From Candidatus Micrarchaeia archaeon (GTDB lineage Archaea > Micrarchaeota > Micrarchaeia > CABMEP01): a DNA stretch of 43,109 nt. A model generated the notes under the pieces. That model was given only the letters and a program-made list of their open reading frames with translations, was not told where the DNA came from and searched no databases. The stretch covers positions 1 to 43,109 of the forward strand of contig JAVZCX010000003.1 of the NCBI GenBank assembly GCA_038874185.1, read 5' to 3'. The translations under genes were made by a program, and so were the position numbers. Positions 9,518 to 19,066 of this stretch are shown in pieces (the stretch's first letter is position 1; the number at the start of each line of letters is the position of its first letter).

Positions 9518-10393
9518 ATGGTTAAGCAATCAAAGGGACCAGTTAAAACAACTTCAAATAAAAAAAACACTCAGAAGGCAAATCATATATTAGAAAAGGC
9601 GTTTCTTTCTACTAGAAGCGGCATAAAAACAAATATAGAGGTTCATGAAAAGGTTTCAGGATTAGTAAATCCGACGTTGATAGAAGGTCTTCCCGGAATT
9701 GGTTTTGTAGGCAAGCTTGCTGCTGAGCACTTGGTTTCCGAGCTTAAAGCAAAGAAAATAGCAACTCTATATTCTTACCATTTTCCACATCAAGTTTTGA
9801 TAAACAAGGATGGAACAATAAAGATGCTCGTTAATGAATTTTATCTCTATAAAGATCCAAAAAAGAAGAATGATCTTATAATCTTAATAGGGGATGTCCA
9901 ACCGGTTAGTTCAAGAGCCCAATTCGAAGTGATGAACATAATTCTTGAGTATTTCTCTTTATTGGGCGGCAAGAGAATAATAACTCTTGGTGGATACGGA
10001 ATGGGGAAGCTTGTAGAGAAGCCGAGAGTTTTTGGCGCTGTGATAAATAAGGAAGATGTTGAGTTTTATAAGAAGTTTGGCGTTACTTTTGGAGAAGTTG
10101 AGGGATCTATAATCGGAGCTGCAGGTGTCTTGCTTGGCCTTGGAAAACTAAAGGGAATGGATGGCATATGTTTAATGGGAGAGACACATGGTACATACAT
10201 AGACCATAAATCAGCCCAAAGAGTTATAGAAGTACTTTCTGACATAACTGGAATAAAAGTTGATGTTTCTAAACTTACAGAAAAAGCGAAAGAAAGCGAG
10301 GGAATAATAAAGAAATTAGAGGAGGAATTGACTCGTGGCCAGATGCCTGTTGAACTTCCAAAGAAACAGGATGAACTTTCTTATATAAGATGA
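9518..10393 (+). CDS. Proteasome assembly chaperone PAC2 family protein
   Basis: IEGLPGIGFVGKLAAEHL, GDVQP, ITLGGY, IIGAAGVLLG, CLMGET; SD GGTGA before ATG 9518. Confidence 0.92.
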   Translation: MVKQSKGPVKTTSNKKNTQKANHILEKAFLSTRSGIKTNIEVHEKVSGLVNPTLIEGLPGIGFVGKLAAEHLVSELKAKKIATLYSYHFPHQVLINKDGTIKMLVNEFYLYKDPKKKNDLIILIGDVQPVSSRAQFEVMNIILEYFSLLGGKRIITLGGYGMGKLVEKPRVFGAVINKEDVEFYKKFGVTFGEVEGSIIGAAGVLLGLGKLKGMDGICLMGETHGTYIDHKSAQRVIEVLSDITGIKVDVSKLTEKAKESEGIIKKLEEELTRGQMPVELPKKQDELSYIR

Positions 10394-10423
10394 ACTGATC
10401 ATCAGCTTTAGTAACAGATTACC

Positions 10424-10447
10424 AGATTTGGTCGCTAGATTTGGTCG
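10424..10447. repeat. 11-bp direct repeat AGATTTGGTCG x2
   Basis: Copies at 10424-10434 and 10437-10447. Confidence 0.75.
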
Positions 10448-10488
10448 ATATCGCATAACATTAATCTCGGGTTTCAAAGGTTTTTGAG

Positions 10489-11220
10489 ATGCAAAAGAGC
10501 AATAAATTCAAATGTATAAACTGCGGATACTGCTGTAAGGACATGCAAAACCTCGCATTATTTGAATGGGAAAAAAATCTTCTTTTTTCATTCGATCAAT
10601 CAATAAAGATAGTTCCTGGAAACAAAATAAAATACAAAAATACAGAAATAATCCTTTATTGGGGGTTACAGCCTATAAATTCGAATCTTAGATTTAAAGA
10701 AGAGCAATATGCTCAGAATTGCAAGCAGAAAAGTGAGACAAAAAATAAAATCTCAGCCAAAAGTAGTCAATGTCCGTTTCTTTCATTTGACTATGGGGTT
10801 TCAAAGTGCAAAATATATGAAAATAGGCCGCTTGTCTGCCGTGCATTCCCTATCTTTCATCTTGGATTTAAATCTATGGAAGGAATGATATCTGTAGATT
10901 GTCCAGAACATATAATTCCATTTGATAAAGAGAAGACGATTAATAGAGAAGAATTCTATTCGCGACTTTATGATGTATATGGTAATACATACTTAGACGC
11001 ATTCAGACTTGAGCTTGCAAGGGTTTGGATATCAGATGTCGCAGAGCTAGTCCTCAATTACTTAGAAGAAAATGAAATTGAAATTTTAGATAAGGAAATA
11101 GGTCTTCTTGAACTTGCAGTCAAAATCGGTGTTCTTACCGAGGATGAGATAGATGAGGAGATAAGCTTCATTTATTCAGAAGAAATTAGAACGATATTCA
11201 ATCGAAATCCGAATCCTTAA
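10489..11220 (+). CDS. YkgJ-family cysteine-cluster protein
   Basis: FKCINCGYCC...CPFL...CKIYENRPLVCRAFP. Confidence 0.9.
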   Translation: MQKSNKFKCINCGYCCKDMQNLALFEWEKNLLFSFDQSIKIVPGNKIKYKNTEIILYWGLQPINSNLRFKEEQYAQNCKQKSETKNKISAKSSQCPFLSFDYGVSKCKIYENRPLVCRAFPIFHLGFKSMEGMISVDCPEHIIPFDKEKTINREEFYSRLYDVYGNTYLDAFRLELARVWISDVAELVLNYLEENEIEILDKEIGLLELAVKIGVLTEDEIDEEISFIYSEEIRTIFNRNPNP

Positions 11221-11307
11221 TCACTTATTTGAGTTTTAATCATTTATTTAAGATACAAAAAAACAAAAAAGATATAAAAAAAACAAAAGAGAAAAAATAC
11301 TGCGAAA

Positions 11308-11922
11308 TCAATTTTTTCTCATTGCCTCATCCATTATCTTATCCAGATTCTCTCTAGTTCTTATGTATTTGTTTAGTAATTCTATTTTTTTAGAATATAA
11401 ATTCAGTCCAAGAACGATTATAACAGTGAGTTCAAAAATTGCAAGCCGTGGATTATCTTCTTTCCAGTCTGGAATAAATGTTTTCAGTTTGTTGTTCAAC
11501 GAAACAATTACTTCCTCGTCTACTTCTTTAATCATTTTGAATGTTTCAATATCGAGATTATGTGCAAATATATTTCTGATCTTCTTTATCGGTTCGATTC
11601 CATTAACTATCTTTCCAGGTATTAATTTCAGAGCCTTTGCAAGGTTTATTTTGGATGAGAAATCAAATCCTTTCTCCTCCATCAATATTTTATAAGTAGG
11701 TATCCATGCCTTCAATACTTCGTCAAGTTCGTTTTCTATAGCAAGAGCGCATACGAGTGCAAGAGCCCTGTCATCAGAAGTTTTCTTATATCTTTCAAGT
11801 GTTTTTTCCAGTTTTTTCCTTATCATTTTAATCTCTTCAGAATCGGCCTTAACTATACTTAGGTCTACAGAGTCAAAAAGAGAACCGCCTTCTCCCATGT
11901 ACATCTCTTCTATTTTTTTCAT
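11308..11922 (-). CDS. MtlR-like / HEPN-domain protein
   Basis: SDDRALALV, FSSKINLA.ALKLI, and Rx4H motif RNIFAH. Confidence 0.65.
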   Translation of the reverse strand: MKKIEEMYMGEGGSLFDSVDLSIVKADSEEIKMIRKKLEKTLERYKKTSDDRALALVCALAIENELDEVLKAWIPTYKILMEEKGFDFSSKINLAKALKLIPGKIVNGIEPIKKIRNIFAHNLDIETFKMIKEVDEEVIVSLNNKLKTFIPDWKEDNPRLAIFELTVIIVLGLNLYSKKIELLNKYIRTRENLDKIMDEAMRKN

Positions 11923-11947
11923 ACAAACACCAAATCATAATCCCTTA

Positions 11948-12235
11948 CTATCTTTTTATCTTGCTCATCAATCCTGTAAAGTCTTTTCCGCTCTTTCCCT
12001 TTGGAAATGCATTTCCATTTGGGGTAAATACAGGTATCTGAAGTTCTTCCGCAAGCCTGACTGCTTCTTTCATGTCTATTATCCTATCTGTAAATAGAAC
12101 TGGATATTCACCATATGGTTCTTTTATTATTTTTATAGTGAACACTATCCGTTGGAACATGCCTTTTCTATGCACTCTGTATTCTCCCTTTCCATTTCTT
12201 AGAACCTCTTCAAGGTTTGGTTCTCCTTTTTCCAT
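11948..12235 (-). CDS. Small hypothetical protein
   Basis: 95-aa ORF preceded by SD-like GGTGGA; globular composition; divergent from dxr. Confidence 0.7.
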   Translation of the reverse strand: MEKGEPNLEEVLRNGKGEYRVHRKGMFQRIVFTIKIIKEPYGEYPVLFTDRIIDMKEAVRLAEELQIPVFTPNGNAFPKGKSGKDFTGLMSKIKR

Positions 12236-12308
12236 TATTCCACCGCTAACTCTATGTTTCAATGGAAAAGTATTTATATTTAAACTGTTCTCTAAATTTG
12301 TGATTTTT

Positions 12309-13535
12309 ATGAAGAATATCTCTATATTAGGTTCTACTGGAAGTATCGGAACACAAACCCTTGACGTGATAAGAAATCACAAGGATAAGTTTCGTGTCGT
12401 TGGACTTGCCACATATGGTACATCAAATGATATTAAATTGCTTATAGAACAAATAAAAGAATTCAAACCTAAAGTAGTGGGGGTATATAAAAAGAGAGAA
12501 GCAGGTTTAATTGCTGGTTTTTGTCATTCTCAAAATATAAAAACCAAAGTATTTTGTGAAGAAGCAGCTTTGAATTCTGTCGCCACAACAAAAGAAGCAG
12601 ACACAGTTGTAACTGCAGTAGTGGGAAGTGTCGGTTTAGTTCCAACGTTGGAAGCAATAAAGTTAAGAAAGAATATCGCTCTCGCAAACAAAGAAACATT
12701 GGTTTGCGCAGGAAGCATTGTAATGGATCATGTTGCAAAGTATAAAGTTTCTTTAATGCCTATCGATAGCGAACATTCCGCAATATTCCAATCATTACAA
12801 GGAAATAGAAAGAAAGATGTTAAGCGAATAATCTTAACTTGTTCCGGCGGCCCATTTAGAGATGAAAAATTATGGCCCCTTGAAAAAATTATGGAAGCAA
12901 CTAGAGAGCAAGCATTAAAACATCCGACATGGAATATGGGAGGAAAGATAACTGTAGATAGTGCAACTCTTATGAATAAAGGATTAGAGGTAATCGAGGC
13001 GCATTGGTTATATAACATTCCTTACCGAGATATTTCAGTTGTCATTCATCCTCAATCAATAATTCATTCTATGGTCGAGTATATTGATGGATCTATAATG
13101 GCACAGATCGGAGTACACGATATGAGAGTTCCAATTCAATATGCCTTGTCCTATCCAAAAAGAATTCAATCTGGAGATTATGCATTTCTAGATTTAATTA
13201 AAGTAGGGCAATTTACATTTTTCCAACCAGATACAATCCGTTTTCCTGCGTTAATGTATGCTTATGAGGCAGGTAGATTAGGGGGTACAATGCCTGCAGT
13301 TATGAATGCAGCTAATGAAGTAGCGGTTGTAGAATACTTTTTACAAGGAAAAATAAAATTCGGAGATATAATAAAAGTAGTAAGACATACTATGAATATA
13401 CATAAGACAAGCATGATTGTAAACCCTACTCTTGAAGATATAATGCAAGCTGATAGATGGGCAAGAGAACATACTCGTTCTGTATTAGATGTAGTACTAA
13501 TAGATGGTTGGGAAAGAGTAAGCAATTCTCTTTAA
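12309..13535 (+). CDS. dxr: 1-deoxy-D-xylulose-5-phosphate reductoisomerase (MEP pathway)
   Basis: ILGSTGSIG, ALANKE, PIDSEH, SGGPF, HPTWNMGGKITVDSATLMNKGLE, HPQSIIHSMV, NAANE; true start MKNISILG at 12309. Confidence 0.98.
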   Translation: MKNISILGSTGSIGTQTLDVIRNHKDKFRVVGLATYGTSNDIKLLIEQIKEFKPKVVGVYKKREAGLIAGFCHSQNIKTKVFCEEAALNSVATTKEADTVVTAVVGSVGLVPTLEAIKLRKNIALANKETLVCAGSIVMDHVAKYKVSLMPIDSEHSAIFQSLQGNRKKDVKRIILTCSGGPFRDEKLWPLEKIMEATREQALKHPTWNMGGKITVDSATLMNKGLEVIEAHWLYNIPYRDISVVIHPQSIIHSMVEYIDGSIMAQIGVHDMRVPIQYALSYPKRIQSGDYAFLDLIKVGQFTFFQPDTIRFPALMYAYEAGRLGGTMPAVMNAANEVAVVEYFLQGKIKFGDIIKVVRHTMNIHKTSMIVNPTLEDIMQADRWAREHTRSVLDVVLIDGWERVSNSL

Positions 13536-13658
13536 CACTCTATACATGCATTCTTCTATAAACAGAATAAAAGATATTAAAGAGTAAATAAAATAAAGAA
13601 ATTAGGAAAAATACAAAAGAAAACAAATAACGCGAGTTTGCATACGTTCAATATTGGA

Positions 13659-14039
13659 TTACTGTTCTTTCTTCCAAAGTCCATGAATATTACAATATTC
13701 TCTTGCTGTTATTTTCTTTGCATTTATCTTGAATTCTGCTTCCGGCGCGTCTCCCGGCTTTAGGTGCTTTCTATAGATTCTATCGTCTGCAAGCAATTCG
13801 ATAAATTCGATATAATGCTCAGGTTCCATTGGGTGTGGAATGGAACCAATTTTAACTTTGAATCCACCCCTAATTTTTTCTATTACTGGCACATGTTTTT
13901 CATATCCCTGGTCCTCTGTTTTTTCTACCAATAACTCCATTGGCTTGTTACAGCAAACTAATGTTCCCATGCTTGCATGAGTTATCTCTACAATATTGCC
14001 ACATACTGAACATTTATAGATCTGATTTAGTTCAACCAT
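13659..14039 (-). CDS. dfx: Desulfoferrodoxin (two-iron superoxide reductase)
   Basis: [10 protein letters not shown]...[26 protein letters not shown]. Confidence 0.97.
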   Translation of the reverse strand: MVELNQIYKCSVCGNIVEITHASMGTLVCCNKPMELLVEKTEDQGYEKHVPVIEKIRGGFKVKIGSIPHPMEPEHYIEFIELLADDRIYRKHLKPGDAPEAEFKINAKKITAREYCNIHGLWKKEQ

Positions 14040-14080
14040 TTAACCACCATTTCCTTATTACTTTTATCGTCCTTAGTTTT

Positions 14081-14683
14081 TTAGTATTCTTCGCATTTCA
14101 ACTGATAGAACGCCTTTGAATGATCGCATGAAGGACATTTCTCGGGAGGGAATTTTCCAAAATGGACATATCCGCATTCTCTGCATACCCACCAGACATT
14201 CTCTCCTTTCTTAAAGAAGGTGCCATTCTCAAGTTGCTCAAGTATTTTCTTGTATCTCTCCTCGTGATGTTGCTCTGCCTTTGCTATCGCTCTAATTCTT
14301 TGTGCAATTTCCTTTAAACCTTCTTTTTCAGCAATGTCTGCAAATTCAGGATACATTTTAGTATATTCGTAGTTTTCTCCTGCGATTGCAGCCTTAAGAT
14401 TATCGATAGTATTTCCGAATACGGTTGGAGCTGATGCTTCAACTTTTATTTCATCATATTTCTCTATTTTTTCTCCTCTCTCAGCAGCTTTTTTCTTCAA
14501 TTCATTGATAAGCTTAAACAGCCAGCTTGCATGCTCCCTCTCGTTATCTGCAGTTATCAGGAATATTTCTGCAATTTGCTCATATCCTTCGTTTCTTGCC
14601 ACTTTCGCATAGAAAGTGTATCTATTCCTTGCCTGACTTTCACCTATAAATGCCTTTGCCAAATTTTCAATTGTCTTCTCCAT
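14081..14683 (-). CDS. rbr: Rubrerythrin
   Basis: [12 protein letters not shown], ExxH motifs (EREH, EQHH), rubredoxin domain CRECG...CPSC. Confidence 0.97.
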   Translation of the reverse strand: MEKTIENLAKAFIGESQARNRYTFYAKVARNEGYEQIAEIFLITADNEREHASWLFKLINELKKKAAERGEKIEKYDEIKVEASAPTVFGNTIDNLKAAIAGENYEYTKMYPEFADIAEKEGLKEIAQRIRAIAKAEQHHEERYKKILEQLENGTFFKKGENVWWVCRECGYVHFGKFPPEKCPSCDHSKAFYQLKCEEY

Positions 14684-14800
14684 CCCAACACCTCCAAAAT
14701 TAGACATATATATTTGATTGTAAACGTTCATAAATATATCTGAACTTGTTTTCCTGTGATATTTTTGGTGTAAAAAGATAAGTTAAGTGAGGCATAGTAA

Positions 14801-14810
14801 TATTTATAAA
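14801..14810 (+). promoter_or_regulatory. Putative TATA box of the ribosomal protein operon
   Basis: TTTATAAA about 22-25 bp upstream of the first leader hairpin. Confidence 0.55.
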
Positions 14811-14831
14811 TCTAATATAATATTATATATT

Positions 14832-14946
14832 AACGATTTTTAGATCGTTTCCCGGCAAAGCGGTCTCTGCGATCGATTAACGCGAGAGACTCACGTATCT
14901 CTTGATGCGTGACAGGTATACTGCATATCAATGCACTACCGCGCTG
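14832..14946 (+). ncRNA. Putative structured RNA (5' leader of the rpl3 operon, or independent ncRNA)
   Basis: GC-rich island with four hairpins and a closing stem, paired by hand (see findings). Confidence 0.65.
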
Positions 14947-15021
14947 TAAATATGTAAGTAATTTCATAACATACAGTGTTTATATTCACAATCATATTCA
15001 TAATTCACAAAGTGATGGTAA

Positions 15022-16002
15022 ATGGGAAAAGTTATTAAGCCAAGAGCAGGTTCTCTTGCATTCAAACCAAGAAAACGTTCGAGAGACATTACTCCAAGAA
15101 TGCGAACTTGGAGAATTACTGACAAGGTTCAGTTGTTGGGATATCCTGTGTACAAAGTTGGAATGAGACAGGCAGGAATGATAGATGATTCCAAATCTGC
15201 AACAAAAGGAATGGAATTGACCGTGCCAGTTACAGTACTCGAAGCACCAAAGATAACTATATTCGGTGCAAGACTTTATCAAAAAACATTGACTGGAACT
15301 AATTGCTTGGGTGATGCTCTTTCAGTTACACCAAAATTAGCATCAATGCTTGGTATGTCAAAGAAAGAAAAGAAAAGAAATGATATAAAATGGCTAGAAG
15401 AAAAAATATCCTCATTTAAAGACGAAGATAAAAACGATCTTTATCTTTCAGTTTTGGCAGTAACCAATGCGCAAGAAGCAGGAATTCCAAAGAAGAAAGG
15501 AGACATTGTTGAAATAGCTATCGGCGGAAAAGATGTAAAATCACAATTAGATTATGTTAAATCCATACTTGGAAAAGAGATGACTCCGAAGGACGTTTTT
15601 GAAGAAGGAGAATATGTCGATGCAGTTGCAGTTACAAGAGGACATGGTTGGCAAGGAGTTATCAAGAGATTCGGAATCCACAAACAAAGACCACACAATA
15701 CGGGAAGAGTAAGACACAGAGGTACATTAGGTCCATGGCATCCAGCATATGTCATGTATACCACTCCTCAGGCAGGTCAGCAAGGATTCCATAGAAGAAC
15801 ACAATACAACAATAGAATATTAATCATTGGAAGCGATTCATCCAACGCAAATGTACCTGGAGGTTATCCCCATTATGGAGAGGTTAAATCACAATACATA
15901 TGCGTCAAGGGTTCGATTCCAGGAACTCAAAAGAGATTTGTATTCCTTAGGAAATCTATAAGGAATGACGCTGTACAGAAGCCACAGATTTTATGGTTCT
16001 GA
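15022..16002 (+). CDS. rpl3: 50S ribosomal protein L3
   Basis: PRAGSLAFKPRKR, YKVGM, GHGWQGVIKRFG, GQQGFHRRT. Confidence 0.98.
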   Translation: MGKVIKPRAGSLAFKPRKRSRDITPRMRTWRITDKVQLLGYPVYKVGMRQAGMIDDSKSATKGMELTVPVTVLEAPKITIFGARLYQKTLTGTNCLGDALSVTPKLASMLGMSKKEKKRNDIKWLEEKISSFKDEDKNDLYLSVLAVTNAQEAGIPKKKGDIVEIAIGGKDVKSQLDYVKSILGKEMTPKDVFEEGEYVDAVAVTRGHGWQGVIKRFGIHKQRPHNTGRVRHRGTLGPWHPAYVMYTTPQAGQQGFHRRTQYNNRILIIGSDSSNANVPGGYPHYGEVKSQYICVKGSIPGTQKRFVFLRKSIRNDAVQKPQILWF

Positions 16003-16028
16003 TATTCAAAAGACAATAGGTTGATTAT

Positions 16029-16808
16029 ATGGCAAGTATTTCATTATATTCTCAAAATGGTTCATCAACTGGAAAAATCGAGCTTCCAGAGATATTCAAA
16101 ACAGAGGTTAGGGAAGACCTTATAAGAAGAGCAGTTTTATCTGAGGAATCAGAAAAACTCCAGCCAAAAGGAACTTTTCCAAGAGCAGGTTTGCAGACAA
16201 CTGCAAGGTATGTCGGTAGGAAAGAGGCTTACCACTCTCTCAAGAATAGAGGAGGTGCAAAGCTTCCAAGAGAACTCTATCCAAAAGGAAGGATTGGAAG
16301 AGTAAGAGTGGTTCCATGGGCAGTAAAAGGTAGAAGAGCTCACCCTCCAAAAGTAGAAAAAGTTCTTGTTGAGAGAATAAACAAGAGAGAGAAGAAAAAG
16401 GCTTTATACTCTGCAATTGCAGCCACTGCAAACAAAGACATTGTTGGCAAGAAGCATGCATTGCCAAAGATAGAAATACCTATAGTGCTTGACGATTCAT
16501 GCGAATCTTTAGCAAAAACAAAAGAGGTCATATCTTTATTCAAGAATCTTGATCTTGCAAAGGACATAGAAAGAGCTGAAGAAAGAAGAAAAAGGAACAA
16601 TGGAAGAAAAGGCGGAGTAAAGACGCCAAAATCAATTCTTTTAGTTGCAGGCAAGAATTCAAAACTCCTTAAAGCAGCAAAGAACCTTCCCGGAGTTACA
16701 GCTACAACTGTAGATTCTTTGAAGGTTTCTGATCTTGCGCCCGGTGGGGTTCCGGGAAGATTGACAGTTTGGACAAAATCAGCAATTGAAAATTTAAGCA
16801 AGATATGA
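16029..16808 (+). CDS. rpl4: 50S ribosomal protein L4
   Basis: VREDLIRRAV, VPWAVKGRRAHPPK, LAPGGVPGRLTVWT. Confidence 0.98.
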   Translation: MASISLYSQNGSSTGKIELPEIFKTEVREDLIRRAVLSEESEKLQPKGTFPRAGLQTTARYVGRKEAYHSLKNRGGAKLPRELYPKGRIGRVRVVPWAVKGRRAHPPKVEKVLVERINKREKKKALYSAIAATANKDIVGKKHALPKIEIPIVLDDSCESLAKTKEVISLFKNLDLAKDIERAEERRKRNNGRKGGVKTPKSILLVAGKNSKLLKAAKNLPGVTATTVDSLKVSDLAPGGVPGRLTVWTKSAIENLSKI

Positions 16809-16846
16809 TCGATGATGTTCAATAAATGATTGTATTGGGTGGAATT

Positions 16847-17092
16847 ATGATTATATATCCTGTAACAACTGAAAAGGCAATAAATCAAATATCGAAGAAC
16901 AACACATTAGTATTCAATGTTGATTCTGAACAAACAAAGAAATCAATAAAAGAATACATTGAGAAAGAATACGGCGTGAAGGTTGCTTCTGTTAATATAC
17001 TGAACAACTTCTCAAACAAAAAGGTTGCATACGTTAAGCTGAAAAAGGAATCTTCAGCAATGGATCTTGCATCAAAACTTAAAATATTGTAA
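16847..17092 (+). CDS. rpl23: 50S ribosomal protein L23
   Basis: YPVTTEKA, NTLVFNVD, KKVAYVKL. Confidence 0.96.
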   Translation: MIIYPVTTEKAINQISKNNTLVFNVDSEQTKKSIKEYIEKEYGVKVASVNILNNFSNKKVAYVKLKKESSAMDLASKLKIL

Positions 17093-17122
17093 TGATAATT
17101 TAATGATTAAATAGGTGTGTTT

Positions 17123-17860
17123 ATGGGTAAAATGCTAAATCAACAAAGAAGAGGAAAGGGAAGCCCGGCATTCTCTGCTCCATCTCATAAATTCAATGCG
17201 GAAGTTTCATTTAGATCTTATGATGAAAAAGAAAAGAACTCTGTGGTAAAGGCAAAGGTTCTTGAATTCATACATAATCCTGTTCACAGCGGTTTGATAA
17301 TGAATGTAAAAACAGAGGATGGAAAAATAATTTCACTGCTTGCACCTGAAGGAATTGCAATAGGAGATGAAATAGAATTCGGAGCAAATGCAGGAATCAA
17401 ATTAGGAAACGTCCTTCCTTTAGCAAGGATTCCAGATGGAATGTATGTTTATAATATAGAGTTGGTTCCAGGTGACGGAGGAAAATTAATAAGGGCTGCA
17501 GGAACATCAGGAACAATAATCTCTCACACAGACAAGGAGGTATATGTTGCGCTTCCTTCAAAGAAAGTTAAGACATTCAATGCTAACTGCAGAGCGCAAA
17601 TCGGATTAATTTCAATGGGTGGACGATTAGTAAGGCCTGTATTCAAAGCAGGCAAAAAATATCACATGGTGTCTTCAACAGCAAGATACTGGCCGAAGGT
17701 CAGAGGAGTTGCAATGTCTGCATACGACCATCCATTCGGTGGAAAGCAGCACCACTCAGGTCGTTCAACAATTGTTGCAAGGAACGCACCTCCAGGAAGA
17801 AAGGTTGGTCTTTTGGCAGCCGCTTCAGTAGGAAGAGGAAAGAAGAGAAAGAAAGTTTGA
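17123..17860 (+). CDS. rpl2: 50S ribosomal protein L2
   Basis: QQRRGKGSP, GDGGKLIRAAG, WPKVRGVAM..DHPFGG, PPGRKVG. Confidence 0.98.
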   Translation: MGKMLNQQRRGKGSPAFSAPSHKFNAEVSFRSYDEKEKNSVVKAKVLEFIHNPVHSGLIMNVKTEDGKIISLLAPEGIAIGDEIEFGANAGIKLGNVLPLARIPDGMYVYNIELVPGDGGKLIRAAGTSGTIISHTDKEVYVALPSKKVKTFNANCRAQIGLISMGGRLVRPVFKAGKKYHMVSSTARYWPKVRGVAMSAYDHPFGGKQHHSGRSTIVARNAPPGRKVGLLAAASVGRGKKRKKV

Positions 17861-17889
17861 TTTTGAAGATATTCATAAGGAGTGATTAA

Positions 17890-18273
17890 ATGGCAAGAAA
17901 ATTTATATTTCGTGGAAAATCTCTTGAAGAGCTTCAGGCAATGTCTCTTGATGAATTTGCAAATTTAATAGAATCAAGAGCAAGAAGATACATCAAGAAA
18001 ATGCCAATAGAATACAAAAAACTTCTAATAAAAGCAGAGAAATTCGGCGCTTCAAAGCCGATCAAAACACATATAAGAGAAGCAGTAATAATTCCGAAAT
18101 GGGTTGGTATGAAATTCATGGTTCACAGCGGAAAGGAATTCAAGCAAGTGAACATACAACCGGAAATGGTCGGCTTCAGGCTTGGAGATTTCGTGCATAC
18201 AACAGGAAGAGTTCTCCACAGCGGTCCAGGTATCGGAGCTACAAGAGGTTCAAAGGCGGTCGCTCTGAAATAA
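17890..18273 (+). CDS. rps19: 30S ribosomal protein S19
   Basis: FRGKSLEEL, IKTHIR, EMVGFRLGDF, GIGATRGS. Confidence 0.97.
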   Translation: MARKFIFRGKSLEELQAMSLDEFANLIESRARRYIKKMPIEYKKLLIKAEKFGASKPIKTHIREAVIIPKWVGMKFMVHSGKEFKQVNIQPEMVGFRLGDFVHTTGRVLHSGPGIGATRGSKAVALK

Positions 18274-18316
18274 TTGGACTTCAGCTATGTAGTTGAATGT
18301 TTGAAACGGTGTTTAT

Positions 18317-19027
18317 ATGGTTCATTACGAATATGGTTTCAATAAGAAATCACAATACAGCGAAAAGCAGATTGCAAAGGCACAACAGTACAACATAGAT
18401 GCATCATACAAGGACCTTTGTGCGGTTTGTGACAATATAAGAGGAATGTCTGCAGAAGATGGAACAAAATATCTAACTGCAGTTCTTGAAGGCTTCCCAG
18501 TACTTTATAGGAGATGGAATAAGAAGCTTGGTCACAGAAGAGAGCTTGGAGGAAAGAAAGGCAGGTATCCAGTTAAGGCTGCCAAGTATGTTCTTGGAGT
18601 TCTGAGCAATGCAATCGCAAACGCAACTTCAAAAGGCCTTGATCAGTTAATTATAGTTCATGCTTCTGCAAACAAGCAGGCCATATATCCTCGTCTTCAA
18701 TCTAAGGGGAGACAGATGAGATCAAACTATGAGACGGCAAGAGTGGAGATAATTCTTGCAGGAAAAGAGAATGAAGAGCTCCTCAAGCAACAGAAGCAGA
18801 AGATAGAGCAGAGAGCAAAGGCAAAGGCAGAGGCTGCAGAGATGGAAAAGAAAATTGAGAAAACAGTTGATGAAAAAACAGATGAAGTGGTTTCAGAAGT
18901 GAAAGAAAAACAGAAAGAAACAACAGAAAAACCAGAGCAAAAGCAGCAAAAATCTGCTGAAAAATCAGAGAAGAAATCAAAGGAAACAAAGAAACCAAAG
19001 GCTGAGAAAACCGAAGGCAAGGAATAA
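18317..19027 (+). CDS. rpl22: 50S ribosomal protein L22 with long Lys/Glu-rich C-terminal tail
   Basis: GRYPVKAAKYVL.VL.NA.ANA..KGL core plus about 85-aa low-complexity tail. Confidence 0.95.
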   Translation: MVHYEYGFNKKSQYSEKQIAKAQQYNIDASYKDLCAVCDNIRGMSAEDGTKYLTAVLEGFPVLYRRWNKKLGHRRELGGKKGRYPVKAAKYVLGVLSNAIANATSKGLDQLIIVHASANKQAIYPRLQSKGRQMRSNYETARVEIILAGKENEELLKQQKQKIEQRAKAKAEAAEMEKKIEKTVDEKTDEVVSEVKEKQKETTEKPEQKQQKSAEKSEKKSKETKKPKAEKTEGKE

Positions 19028-19066
19028 TATTTTAGATAGTGTTATGCTTAATTAAGGAGTGATTTA

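Noticed and set aside
12072-12308. 79-aa N-terminal extension of Dxr in the ORF track
   Set aside because: It overlaps the opposite-strand gene and the divergent promoter; Dxr homology starts at ATG 12309
14851-14946. Cloverleaf-like element as a tRNA, 5S or SRP RNA
   Set aside because: No TTCRA loop, D-loop GG, 7-bp acceptor stem, or recognisable 5S/SRP motifs
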